Part shown: positions 1 through 11,445 of the stretch, one piece after another
How the letters are laid out: the number at the start of each line of letters is the position of its first letter
Position numbering within the stretch: the stretch's first letter is position 1
Origin: Tubulanus polymorphus
Taxonomy: Eukaryota; Animalia; Nemertea
Reading direction: 5' to 3'
Assembly (NCBI RefSeq): GCF_964204645.1
Contig: NC_134025.1
Span: 31,824,788 to 31,888,787, forward strand
Length of the DNA: 64,000 bases
Made by a program: the position numbers and the translations under genes
Notes under the pieces: model-generated
Told to the model about the DNA's origin: nothing
What the model saw: the letters and a program-made list of their open reading frames with translations, nothing else
The model's database searches: none

Positions 1-140
1 TGGCCCCAGGGCACTAAAAAGGCAATTACCAAGAAACAAACACTGACGCGAGTGTTGGCCTGTTTGATAAACGCAGTAACCCTAGTGTTGGCCTTGTACC
101 ACACTGAACACACGTATTAACAAACTAAGGAAGCCACCAG

Positions 141-267
141 AACTCAGTGGTCTAGTGGTTAGCGTGCTCGGCTGGCATGCGGGAGGTCGCAGGTTCGAGT
201 CCTACTAGGGTTAGGGTTACGATCGATCTAGGGTTAGGGTTAGTGCCTCAGGTCGGGGCTAATTTTT
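141..267 (+). mobile_element. tRNA-Ala-like Pol III head (SINE-like or tRNA pseudogene) followed by TTAGGG repeats and a T5 run
   Basis: A-box tggtctagtgg 148-158, B-box ggttcgagtcc 192-202, anticodon loop ctGGCat, tagggttagggtta twice, ttttt 263-267. Confidence 0.7.
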
Positions 268-548
268 GGCCCAGCGAGGTATTTGTAGTACGATGATCAT
301 CTGTTTGACTCGGGTTATTTTTTGGTCAATATATTCTATACTAACTTATATATTTTGAACACAAATATTCGCTTTATCCTTAGAAGCCACTTTATTTAAA
401 AGATACTTCGCTCAATACAGTAGTTTATTTCTGAATGAATGAAGAGTTGGTGACATTATTCAATATATATAAAAACCACAATATCTATTATACGGTTGGT
501 ATGGAACAATTTCCACTCTTTTCCATAGGTGTCGCTTTGGATAAATGT

Positions 549-890
549 CTATATCTCTTGACCCAATGGACCGATTACGATTAAACTTGATACACAGGAA
601 CTTTTATCAAGTAGCACTCGGGGTGGGTGAAACCGCTCTAGGTTGAAGTTACACTGTCCTAAAATGGCTCCAAACAACGTGAAATTGGTAGTTAGGCCTA
701 CTACGAGTACGGGTAGAACACAGTTTGAAATCGTATCGTTGTAGGTTATCGTAAAGAAGATGAATCCGTAGGCACCTAATACGACGATTAACAGTACAAA
801 TATCGATATAGACACGGTTTTAGTCGAGACATTGATCGCCGGGTTTAAACATTCCTGGATATGACCATGTTTCACAATTAAATTCATCAT
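549..890 (-). CDS. Hypothetical ~113 aa protein with two hydrophobic segments, possibly a terminal exon
   Basis: ORF kept in 4 copies; catttag acceptor-like site just upstream and AATAAA about 120 bp downstream on the minus strand; no recognisable homology. Confidence 0.3.
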   Translation of the reverse strand: MMNLIVKHGHIQECLNPAINVSTKTVSISIFVLLIVVLGAYGFIFFTITYNDTISNCVLPVLVVGLTTNFTLFGAILGQCNFNLERFHPPRVLLDKSSCVSSLIVIGPLGQEI

Positions 891-934
891 CTAAATGAGG
901 ACGACCATCGAACACGTGTCTAATCGCATCATAA

Positions 935-1500
935 TGGGTACGGGTGTCCCGCGTTCGAACCCAGTAATTACTGATACTGGTTCAGAGAGGTCCTGATGAT
1001 GATTAGATGATGTACAGGGGTGTCCCGGGTTCGAACTCAGTAGTGGTCCAAGTTGTCCTGATGCTGAATAGAGGATAAACAGCAGTGTCCCGACCGTACG
1101 GTGCTGCCGCTATGCTCATCGTTAGCGGGATTTCCGTACACTAACTGAAGTCAACTCTGGCAATGGTCGTGCTGTCCAGTTATACTCCGTAACCCTTGCT
1201 TGCCAGAGTTGACTAACGTTAGTGTATAAAAATCCCGCTACCGATGAGCATAGGGGCAGCACCGTACGGTAAAATGTTGATGTCTTAACAAAAGTAATTA
1301 CTGATAACTGATTCAGAGAGGCCCTGATGCTGAATATAGGATGTACGGGGGTATCCCGGGTTCGAACCCAGTAATCACGGATACTGATTTTGAGTGGTCC
1401 TGATGCTAATTAGATGATGTACAGCGGTGTCCCGGGTCCAACCCAGTAGTGGTCCCACTGTTGTCCTGATGCTGAATAGAGGATGTACAGGGGTGTCTAT
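935..1500 (+). repeat. Degenerate ~60-75 bp tandem repeat carrying the B-box-like palindrome gggttcgaaccc
   Basis: Recurrent gatgtacaggggtgtcccgggttcgaacccagta...ctgatgctga; variable copy number at 7520-8115, 18730-19290, 36615-37345 and 48130-48725. Confidence 0.8.
1093..1270. mobile_element. Palindromic MITE, TA-flanked (Tc1/mariner-type)
   Basis: ~70 bp imperfect inverted arms TA|cggtgctgcc...ggcagcaccg|TA; copies at 7730-7907, 18887-19064, 36991-37168 and 48422-48596. Confidence 0.75.
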
Positions 1501-1683
1501 TCTAGGTTGTTTCTTGAAAAATGATTAAATAACGCACAAATGACTTACAGCAACATTATATATATTTATTCCTCATTGTCGTGTAATGTACCTGCCTTTT
1601 TAAGAATAGTAGTTGGTCAATCGAATTGAAACCCTCGCATACCAGGGTAAAAAAGAATAAATGAATCCCTCGAGTGGACACCA

Positions 1684-2110
1684 GGGGTCGCAGTTTCACA
1701 AAAAACGATGCATTTTTTAATCTGGATCAAATCTCACAAAAATGAACTCTTCTTTTCTGTTAATCTTTGATGATAATAAAATAAATCCGTATATGTGAAG
1801 CCGTACCCTCGGTAGGATTTGGTTTGCGAGGGTTTCAATCAGATTTAGATGCTGCAGTTTCGCACATTGAATGGCGTGTATTTAAAACCGTCGAATCCAG
1901 TTTCACAGAGAAAGTAAGAATCAATTTCAACTTGGATTTATCTTTTCTTCAAAATAAAATGTTTGAACGCAATTGTATCGTGAAACTCTATATATACCCT
2001 AGGCCCAGTTTCTTCAAAAATATTCATTCATTGAGGTGGTAAACTCGAATTGAGTTGAGTCGAATTGAGTAAAAGTTTTTTGAGTAAATTATTTCTATGA
2101 AACTGAACCC
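1684..2110. mobile_element. Two adjacent degenerate MITE-like elements with cagtttca/tgaaactg-type termini
   Basis: ggggtcgcagtttcac...gtgaaactc and ggcccagtttc...gaaactgaaccc inverted ends; present in units 1-4. Confidence 0.45.
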
Positions 2111-2869
2111 GTGGGATTTACGTGTGACGCACTGATTGTGTGTGAAACTGCTGACGTCTGTAATCACAACTAAAACAACACAGAAAATTCATCTTTATTT
2201 CAAATAAAACAGAACAACAGTTAACACGAAATATTATAGTCACATGATAAAGAAAACCTGTCGATATTTCAACTTTATGGTTTCATTGATTGAGTGACTT
2301 GTCAAAACATGTCCATATTACATCATTATACAATATGTGTATCATACAATTGTTTTACAAAACCAGAGATTTAATCTTCAATTTCAATTTTCACTAAAAC
2401 TTTAACACTGACTACATAGCAATTTAATAGAAGTAAAAGAGACAACATTTTGGAGTCTCTGTAGAGACCATCATCAAGTTTGAAGAATAACTAAAACAGG
2501 GAAAAACAAGTTAATTAGGAAAGTAAAGCGAGTGTTCAGTGCTAAGGTTGAGAGGTTTTGTTATTTTGTTCGTATAGGTTGTTCTAGTTATTTCTTCATT
2601 ATACTTTTATTATTTTGATTCTGATTCTTGATAAATGAATTATGCCTTTTTAAATTTGCATATAGCAGGGTTTAAATCATATATTCTATGCCCGAGTCAG
2701 GCTATTATTCTATTAGCAAAAATGACACCACAGCTTTGAGAGATCAGGGGATCAGGGGATGACTCTATTGTTTTTATGGATATGTGAACCATCACAAACA
2801 GAACAACAGTAGGCTGCCCGTGTCGGCACATATGAACAATATTCATTTGGCTTTAAACTTAAAAATTGC

Positions 2870-4813
2870 AGATCTGAAACAAGTGGCAGCATATCAATCT
2901 CCAGGTAGATGGCTGGTTCCTGTCCCTGTCAAATGGCAAATTGGTCCCGATCCCCACTTCGTCCTAGAATAGAGAAAACTTGCGTCAGCAAATATTACAT
3001 TGAAAATGTTCGATTGAATTAACAGTCAAGTGGGAATTGTTGTTTTCACGAAATATTTCGGAAACTAGAATTTATCATTACCTTATAATTCTAGATAATT
3101 CAACACCATTATTCAATCTTTGGTCAATTTTCAAACTGTTCAATTGGACAAATTTCATGCTGCAAAAAATCATCATACTATGAAAAAGTAACGTATTTAT
3201 AGCAGTCTGAAATTGGGGCTAAATTCTATTAGAAAATCAATCATTTTCAAACTTGTGTTTAGCAGAATTAAGCAGCATCAGCTGCAGCAGCATCAGCCGC
3301 ACTTCTTTCCGGAGAATCACACATAAAAATTCTCTACAGAATAATTAAATGTTAGAATATTATGAAATTAGAGCACAGTGGAGTGATGAAAGACTCACCA
3401 TTTCTAAACTCATATCAGATAAGTTCAGTGCCATCTAGCAGGATTTCACTTCCAACAGTCATAATGTCATGAAGTTAAGAGAACTGATGATTTTCTGAGA
3501 AAATAAATTCTTAAAACGATAGCAGCAGCTTCAGCAACTAGAGCTTCTTTACTCTTTGAAGGTGAATATTTTTAATTTCTCCAGTTCCAAAAAGTGTTGG
3601 GCGTATTGCATTCTGGAAAGAGAAAATTATGCCAGAAAATGGTTAATGAAATAGATAGAAACTGCAACTTGTTTGTGTTCGATTGACAGAAAACCTACCG
3701 GGTTAATGAGTAGTTTATCACAATGTGTCGAGTATATGCAGATTTCTGAGAGGTTTGATGGTAGCTTTAGACTGCGTCCTCAAGTAAAACGTTGATACCT
3801 GTCGACATTGACCGATCAAAACATCATTTTCTGGACTTGATTTGAAGATCACCACAAATTACTGCAATAAATCGATATAAAACTCACCGTTTCTGACTTG
3901 TTTGATTTGTGGAGCGCAATGTTTACTGCAAGTTCAGTTTTATTTTGGACCCTAGAATACAAAAGTTGTATAATTTTGATGATTCGAACTTTGACCAGAA
4001 TAGAAGTGATTGAAAATTCACCTTCACTGATTAATGTAGCTTCTAATCAGGAAATGAGTTTATAAATGTACAGTCAAACAGAGACTAGAATCTGTAGAGA
4101 TATTTACCGGTACCGCATTTGTTTTGAGGACTTAAAGCGATGTCCATCTTAAACAAATGTGAAGTGAATTCCCAATGTTTACTGTTCACAGATTCTATCA
4201 AGGGTTCCAGTTATTTCAGCTCCTAAATACAAATTTTAGAAATTGTCAGTTAAGTTGTTATGAAATAAGAGCAGTTTCACACCAAAACAAACTAAGCCGT
4301 GATCTTTGAGTGATTGAATGCTGGAAACATAAACAGATAGAATAATTTATATAGAACAGTTCTCTAAAAATAATGAATTTCCAAACAGGTTTTACCGGCT
4401 GCTGCTGCTGCTGTTGCAGCTGCTGGTGGCGCTGTTGCTGCATGGTGCTGGTACTGCGGGTACTGCCAGTGCTGCTGTTGCTTCTGCTGGTGGCGCTGTT
4501 GCAGCTGCTGGTGCTGCTGTTGTTGCATGGTGCTGGTACTGCAGGTACTGCCAGTGCTGCTGTTGCAGCTGCTGGTGGCGCTGTTGCTGCATGGTGCTGG
4601 TACTGCAGGTACTGCCAGTGCTGCTGTTGCTGCTGCTGCTGCGGTGTGTATCTCATCCTGTAACTGAGAGTAAAACAGTAATTTTTAGTTCAAAAATAAT
4701 TCAAAATATCAACAGAGACTGTGAAGAATTCTGTGGAGAAATTCATTACCAGTTTTGTACTTACCTTTAAATGAGCCTGTTTAAATAGTAAATTCTATTG
4801 CATTCATTTCATT
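2870..4813 (-). ncRNA. Putative multi-exon spliced non-coding transcript or decayed gene (unit 1 copy)
   Basis: Series of polypyrimidine-yAG / GTRAG-like pairs, e.g. exons ~4813-4766, 4657-4396, ~4222-4108, ~3950-3888, ~3861-3799, ~3494-3399, ~3158-3081; several exons have stops in all three frames. Confidence 0.45.
4396..4645. repeat. 64-bp CTG-rich minisatellite, ~4 units
   Basis: Unit ctgctgttgcagctgctggtggcgctgttgctgcatggtgctggtactgcaggtactgccagtg. Confidence 0.95.
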
Positions 4814-4901
4814 CTGAAAAGAAAAAGAAGCAATAATCAGTGACAATAGAGCAGAATGTAACATCTCAAATTATCAATCAATCAGACAGAAACAGTACAG
4901 G

Positions 4902-5250
4902 ATTTCTGTAGATTAAACTGCTGTACTTATTTCATACTGATTGTACAGTTACAGATACATTGTAACATTGTGTACAGATACTGAGATACAGATCACTGCA
5001 TTACTTCATCCTGTGATTGAACAGTGATTTAATGTTCTTTCATCTTCATTAGATTCCCATCCGTCTAACTAAAACATCAGAACATTCATCTCACCTAACC
5101 ACAGGGTTTAGGGAGGGTGGGTAGGTTTGGGGGAGGTATGGGGTGAGGGAGGGCGGGAGGTAAGGAGTGAGGGAGGGCGGGAGGGAAGGGGTGAGGGAGG
5201 GCGGGAGGGAAAGGGTCCGGGAGGGCGGGAGGGAAGGTGTGAGGGAGGGC
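4902..5250 (-). repeat. Inverted-repeat arm followed by the flipped (G-rich) copy of the right-arm inner flank
   Basis: 5090-5250 is the reverse complement of ~15260-15355 and ~44560-44745. Confidence 0.85.
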
Positions 5251-5521
5251 ATCCAGATTGCCACGGTACGAAACCCTGCCACACTAGACCGAGTGCGCAG
5301 CAGCTAAACGCGCAGCTTAGATGATGTCATTAATAGCCAATCAGATATTAAGTTTCATTTTAGCCCAGGTTTTACCATTTATAGTTCTTCAAGTTTTTGT
5401 GCGGCAAAGCTGCGCATGTACCTGCGCACCCGGTCTAGTGTGGCAGGGGTTCATACCGTGGCTGAGTGTAGCGAGCGATGTCATCAGGTTGGAATCCCTC
5501 CCATGGGAGGATGTTGGTGTC
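5248..5521. mobile_element. Left-truncated copy of the ~310-360 bp palindromic element
   Basis: gccacggtacgaaaccctgccacactagaccg...cggtctagtgtggcaggggttcataccgtggc. Confidence 0.7.
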
Positions 5522-6327
5522 CGACACGTTTGGACTGCTGTGGTGATTAATATCGGTTTAGCGACAGATGAAATAAACTTACACTGTTTTCACTGTTTGA
5601 TGTAATCAGTCGATGGAATCATTTTAGAACAAATTCATCACAAAACAGCGAGGTGAAGCCCATCGTGGTCTAGATATATCAGGATGGAATGACGTTATGC
5701 TTGACAGAGCCACCAGTCCAAGTGCACCGTTTGTAGGATGTGACTCTGAAATAATTTGATTTCCCACAATATCTGAGATGGAATATTTTTCGCCATTTAA
5801 ACCAATGTTACAAACACTTACCAAATATTGAAATACTGATTTCAGGGGTCGGGAAGGAGGGTGGCAATGTTTAGGTGAGGTTTTTGCTAAATTTCGTGTT
5901 ATGGTAAAGCACGCCATTTTGATATTGCGTCATAGTGTACCTCAGATTGGGATTCCCGCCGCTAGACTGGTCATCGCCACCTGCATTCGCAGGTACAAAT
6001 GGCAACCAGTCTATTGCAGGTCTCGGCTTCTTTTCGATTATATTGGATTTTTATATTCTACGCATCAAAGAATCTATTCTAATGAAACCCACGCTTTTGG
6101 ATCAAAGGCCCGTGGATTACTACTTTAGTTCACAGAAATTCCGCTATCGTTATTCATAGGGGCAGCACTGAACGGTTGATATCTGATGCAGTCTTGCTAT
6201 TTTACTGTGGCATGTGAGGAATACAGATTTTTCTTAAGTCAAATTTCATTCATCACTCAACACTAGTTTGTTAGAAATTAATAACTCTACCAACATTAGA
6301 GCTTTATATAAGGAGAGTAAATAGTAT

Positions 6328-6505
6328 GATAGAATCTCCCTAATTCCGATCATTGGGACCAACAAAAATTCATCCGTTTTACGGCAAATCCGGATTAAAA
6401 GTCATTTTCGTGTATATTAATGATTAAATTGACTGTAAATATTATCCGGATTAGACCAAAATTCGGATTAAGCCGATGCGGATTAAACGATTTAGTTTGA
6501 CTGTA
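6328..6505. mobile_element. pogo/Tigger-type MITE
   Basis: Internal cggatta repeats, right end agtttgactg|TA, degenerate left end tagaatctccctaattccg; also ~17430-17597, ~29598-29775, ~46900-47075 and a partial copy at 35482-35563. Confidence 0.6.
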
Positions 6506-6757
6506 TCAGCCAATAGAATCAGTCTTGGAATACAGAAAGACGTTCACGATTGAGTTATGTACAAATACCGATATGAGAAAAGCTTAGATTCACCTCCTAA
6601 GCCATCACCCATGGAACTGGCCCCAGGGCACTAAAAAGGCAATTACCAAGAAACAAACACTGACGCGAGTGTTGGCCTGTTTGATAAACGCAGTAACCCT
6701 AGTGTTGGCCTTGTACCACACTGACCACACGTATTCACAAACTTGGTCAGCCACCAG

Positions 6758-6850
6758 AACTCGGCGGTCTAGTGGTTAGCGTGCTCGGCTGGCATGCTGG
6801 AGGGCGCAGGTTCGAGTCCTGCTAGGGTTAGGGTTACGGTCGATCTAGGT
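6758..6850 (+). mobile_element. tRNA-like head copy 2 (second TTAGGG tract and T-run deleted)
   Basis: A/B boxes as in copy 1; continues cgatctaggtcgagcgagg. Confidence 0.65.
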
Positions 6851-7129
6851 CGAGCGAGGTGTTTGTAGTACGATGATCATCTGTTTGACTCGGGTTATTT
6901 TTTGGTCAATAGATTCTATACTAACTTATATATTTTGAACACAAATATTCGCTTTATCCTTAGAGGCCACTTTATTTAAAAGATACTTCGCTCAATACAG
7001 TAGTTTATTTCTGAATGAATGAAAGAGTTGGTGACATTATTCAATATATATATAGACCACAATATCTATTTTACGGTTGGTATGCAACAATTTCCACTCT
7101 TTTCCATAGGTGTCGCTTTGGATAAATGT

Positions 7130-7471
7130 CTATATCTCTTGACCCAATGGACCAATTACGATTAAACTTGATACACAGGTACTTTTATCAAGTCGCACTC
7201 GGGGTGGGTGAAATCGCTCTAGGTTGAAGTTACACTGACCTAAAACGGCTCCAAACAACGTGAAATTGGTAGTTAGGCCTACTACGAGTACGGGTAGAAC
7301 ACAGTTTGAAATCGTATCGTTGTAGGTTATCGTAAAGAAGATGAATCCGTAGGCACCTAATACGACGATTAACAGTACAATAAATATCGATATAGACACG
7401 GTTTTAGTCGAGACATTGATCGCCGGGTTTAAACATTCCTGGATATGACCATGTTTCACAATTAAATTCAT
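7130..7471 (-). CDS. Hypothetical 2-TM ORF copy 2 (in-frame 3-bp insertion)
   Basis: ORF track; SIFIVLL versus SIFVLL. Confidence 0.3.
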   Translation of the reverse strand: MNLIVKHGHIQECLNPAINVSTKTVSISIFIVLLIVVLGAYGFIFFTITYNDTISNCVLPVLVVGLTTNFTLFGAVLGQCNFNLERFHPPRVRLDKSTCVSSLIVIGPLGQEI

Positions 7472-10400
7472 CTTCTAAATGAGGACGACCATCGATCAGG
7501 TGTCTAATCGCACCATAATGGGTACGGGGTGTCCCGCATTCGAACCAAGTAATTACTGATACTGGTTCAGAGTGGTCTTGATACTGAATAGAGGTTGTAC
7601 AGGGGTATCCCGAGTTTGAACCTAGTCACTACTGATACTGATTCAGAGTGGTCATGATGTACAAGGGTGTCCCGGGTTCGAACCTAGTAGTGGTCCAAGT
7701 TGTCCTGATGCTGGGTAGAGGATGTCCCGACCGTACGGTGCTGCCGCTATGCTCATCGTTAGCGGGATTTCCATACACTAACTGAAGTCAACTCTGGCAA
7801 TCGTCGTGCTGTCCAGTTATACTCCGTAACCCTTGCTTGCCAGAGTTGACTAACGTCAGTGTATGAAAATCCCGCTACCCTTGAGCATAGAGGCAGCACC
7901 GTACGGTAAAATGTTGATATCTTAACAAAAGTAATTACTGATAACTGATTCAGAGAGGTCCTGATGCTGAATATAGGATGTACAGGGTATCCCGGGTTCG
8001 AACCCAGTAATCACGTTGTCCTGATGCTGAATATAGGATGTACAGGGGTATCCCGGGTTCGAACCCAGTAATCACGTTGTCCTGATGCTGAATATAGGAT
8101 GTACAGGGGTGTCTATTCTAGGTTGTTTCTCGAAAAATGATAAAATAACGCACAAACGACTTACAGCAACATTATCTATATTTATTCCTCATTGTCATGT
8201 AATGCACCTGCCTTTTTAAGAATAGTAGTTGGTCAATCGAATTGAAACCCTCGCATACCAGGGTAAAAAAGAATAAATGAATCCCTCGAGTGGACACCAG
8301 GGGTCGCAGTTTCACAAAAAACGATGCATTTTCTAACTGAATTTGTGAAGAAATTTAATCTGGATCAAATCTCACAAAAATGACAAAACAGATGAACTCT
8401 TCTTTTTTGTTAATCTTTGATGATAATAAATCCGTATATGTGAAACCGTACCCTCGGTAGGATTTGGTTTATGATGCGGGTTTCAATCAGATTTAGATGC
8501 TGCAGTTTCGCACACTGAATAGCGAGTGTCCAGTTTCACAGAGAAAGGATGAATCAATTTCAACTTAGATTTAATTTTTTCTTCAAAATAAAATGTTTGA
8601 ACGCATTTGGTTCGTGAAACTCTATACCCTAGGCTCAGTTTCTTCAAAAATATTCATTCATTGAGGCGGTAAAGTCGAATTGAGTTGAGTCGAATTGAGT
8701 AAAATTTTTTTGAGTAAATTATTTCTATGAAACTGAACCCGTGGGATTTACGTGTGACGCACTGAGTGTGTGTGAAACTGCTGGCGTCTGTAATCACAAC
8801 TAAAACAACACAGAAAATTCATCTTTATTTCAAATAAAACAGAACAACAGTTCACACGAAATATTATAGTCACATAATAAAGAAAACCTGTCGATATTTC
8901 AACTTTATGATTTCATTGATTGAGTGACTTAAAACATGTCCATCATTATACAATATGTGTATCATACAATTGTTTTACAAAACCAAACCAATAAAACTGG
9001 GTCGTGGGGTACAAACAATTACAAACTAATGCAACCAGTTATCGCTGCTTTACAGCTACATTTAATCTTCAATTTCAATTTTCACTAAAACTTTAAAACC
9101 CACTATATAGCAATTTAATAGAAGTAAAAGAGACAACATTTTGGAGTCTCTGTAGAGACCATCATCAAGTCTGAAGAATAACTAAAACAGGGAAAAACAA
9201 GTTAATTAGGAAAGTAAAGCGAGTGTTCAGTGCTAAGGTCGAGAGGTTTTGTTATTTTGTTCGTATAGGTTGTTCTAGTTATTTCTTCATTATACTTTTA
9301 TTATTTTGATTCTGATTCTTGATAAATGAATTTTGCCTTTTTAAATTTGCATATAGCAGGGTTTAAATTATATATTCTATGCCCGAGTCAGGCTATTATT
9401 CTATTAGCAAAAATGACACCACAGCTTTGAGAGATCAGGGGATCAGGGGATGACTCTATTGTTTTTATGGATATGTGAACCATCACAAACAGAACAACAG
9501 TAGGCTGCCCGTGCCGGTCGGCACATATGAACAATATTCATTTGGCTTTAAACTTAAAAATTGCAGATCTTAAACAAGTGGCAGCATATCAATCTCCAGG
9601 TAGATGGCTGGTCCCTGTCCCTGTCAAATGGCAAATTGGTCCCGATCCCCACTTCGTCCTAGAATAGAGAAAACTTGCGTCAGCAAATATTACATTGAAA
9701 ATGTTCGATTGAATTAACAGTCAAGTGGGAATTGTTTTCATGAAATATTTCGGTAACTAGAATTTATAATTACCTTATAATTCTAGATAATTCAACACCA
9801 TTATTCAATCTTAGATCACTTTTCAAACTGTTCGATTGGACAAATTTCATGCTGCAAAAAATCATTATACTATGAAAATACTAAGTAATGTATTTATAGC
9901 AGTCTGAAATTGGGGCTAAATTCTATTAGAAAATCAATCATTTTCAAACTTGTGTTTAGCAGAATTAAGCAGCAGCAGCATCAGCCGCAGCAGCATCAGC
10001 AGCAGCCGCAGCAGCAGCAGCATCAGCCCGCACTTCTTTCCGGAGAATCACACATAAAAATTCTGTACAGAATATTAGAGCACAGTGGAGTGATGAAATA
10101 CTCACCATTTCTAAACTCATATCAGATCAGTTCAGTGCCATCTAGCAGGATTTCACTTCCAACAGTCATAATGTCATGAAGTTAAGAGAACTGATGATTT
10201 TCTGAGAAAATAAATTCTTAAAACGATAGCAGCAGCTTCAGCAACTAGAGCTTCTTTACTCTTTGAAGGTGAATATTTTCAATTTTTCCAGTTCCAATAA
10301 GTGTTGGGCGTATTGCATTCTGGAAAGAGAAAATTATGCCAGAAAATGGTTAATGAAATAGATAGAAACTGCAACTGTTCGATTGACAGAAAACCTACCG

Positions 10401-11095
10401 GGTTAATGAGTAGTTTATCACAATGTGTCGAGTATATGCAGATTTCTGAGAGGTTTGATGGTAGCTTTAGACTGCATCCTCTAGTAAAACGTTGATACCT
10501 GCCAACATTGACCGATCAAAACATCATTTTCTGGACTTGATTTGAAGATCACCACAAATTACTGCAATAAATCGATATAAAACTCACCGCTTCTGACTTG
10601 TTTGATTTGTGGAGCGCAATGTTTACTGCAAGTTCAGCTTTATTTTGGACCCTAGAATACAAAAGTCGTATAATTTTGATGATTCGAACTTTGACCAGAA
10701 TAGAAGTGATTGAAAATTCGCCTTCACTGATTAATGTAGCTTCTAATCAGGAAATGAGTTTATAAATGTACAGTCAAACAGAGACTAGAATCTGTAGAGA
10801 TATTTAACGGTACTGTATTGGTTTTGAGGATCTAAAGCGATGTCCATCTTAAACAAATGTGAAGTGAATTCCCAATGTTTACTGTTCACAGATTCTATCA
10901 AGGTTCCAGTTATTTCAGCTCCTAAATACAAATTTTAGAAATTGTCAGTTAAGTTGTTATGAAATAAGAGCAGTTTCACAAAAAAATCAAACTAAGCCGT
11001 GATCTTTGAGTGATTGAATGCTGGAAACATAAACAGATAGAATAATTTATATAGAACAGTTCTCTAAAAATAATGAATTTCCAAACAGGTTTTAC

Positions 11096-11445
11096 CTGCT
11101 ACTGCTGTTGCTTCTGCTGGTGGCGCTGTTGCTGCATGGTGCTGGTACTGCGGGTACTGCCAGTGCTGCTGTTGCTTCTGCTGGTGGCGCTGTTGCTGCA
11201 TGGTGCTGGTACTGCGGGTACTGCCAGTGCTGCTGTTGCTGCTGCTGGTGGCGCTGTTGCTGCATGGTGCTGGTACTGCAGGTACTGCCAGTGCTGCTGT
11301 TGCAGCTACTGGTGGCGCTGTTGCTGCATGGTGCTAGTACTGCTGGTACTGCCAGTGCTGCTGTTGCTGCTGCTGGTGGCGCTGTTGCTGCATGGTGCTG
11401 GTACTGCAGGTACTGCCAGTGCTGCTGTTGCTGCTGCTGCTGCGG
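11096..11445. repeat. 64-bp minisatellite, ~5.5 units
   Basis: Same unit as 4396-4645. Confidence 0.95.

Larger units (their letters stand above)
1..6617. repeat. Macrosatellite/segmental tandem unit 1 (short, rearranged; lacks ~4.4 kb of the unit interior)
   Basis: Anchor tggccccagggcactaaaa at 1 and 6618; colinear with units 2-4 except at 5100-5250. Confidence 0.95.

Noticed and set aside
141-213. Functional tRNA-Ala gene
   Set aside because: Mismatched acceptor and anticodon stems, atypical GGC anticodon, copies diverge freely
205-243. True telomere or telomerase RNA template
   Set aside because: Only about two repeats per tract, internal position, and the Pol III boxes would transcribe the G-strand rather than a C-rich template
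935-1500. C/D box snoRNAs (tgatga/ctga words)
   Set aside because: Words are part of the tandem repeat; no terminal stem or recognisable guide seen
4373-4770. Plus-strand Cys/Trp-rich or Leu/Val-rich ORFs resembling metallothionein or signal peptides
   Set aside because: By-products of the stop-free CTG-rich 64-bp repeat; splice signals point to the minus strand
2870-4813. Alternative genetic code rescuing the stop-rich exons
   Set aside because: Both TAA and TGA block frames, and frame-breaking indels differ between copies
5091-5324. Pro-rich and Gly/Arg/Glu-rich ORFs (also 12139, 23470-24150, 27039-27312, 41162)
   Set aside because: Translations of C/G-rich minisatellites with frames varying between units
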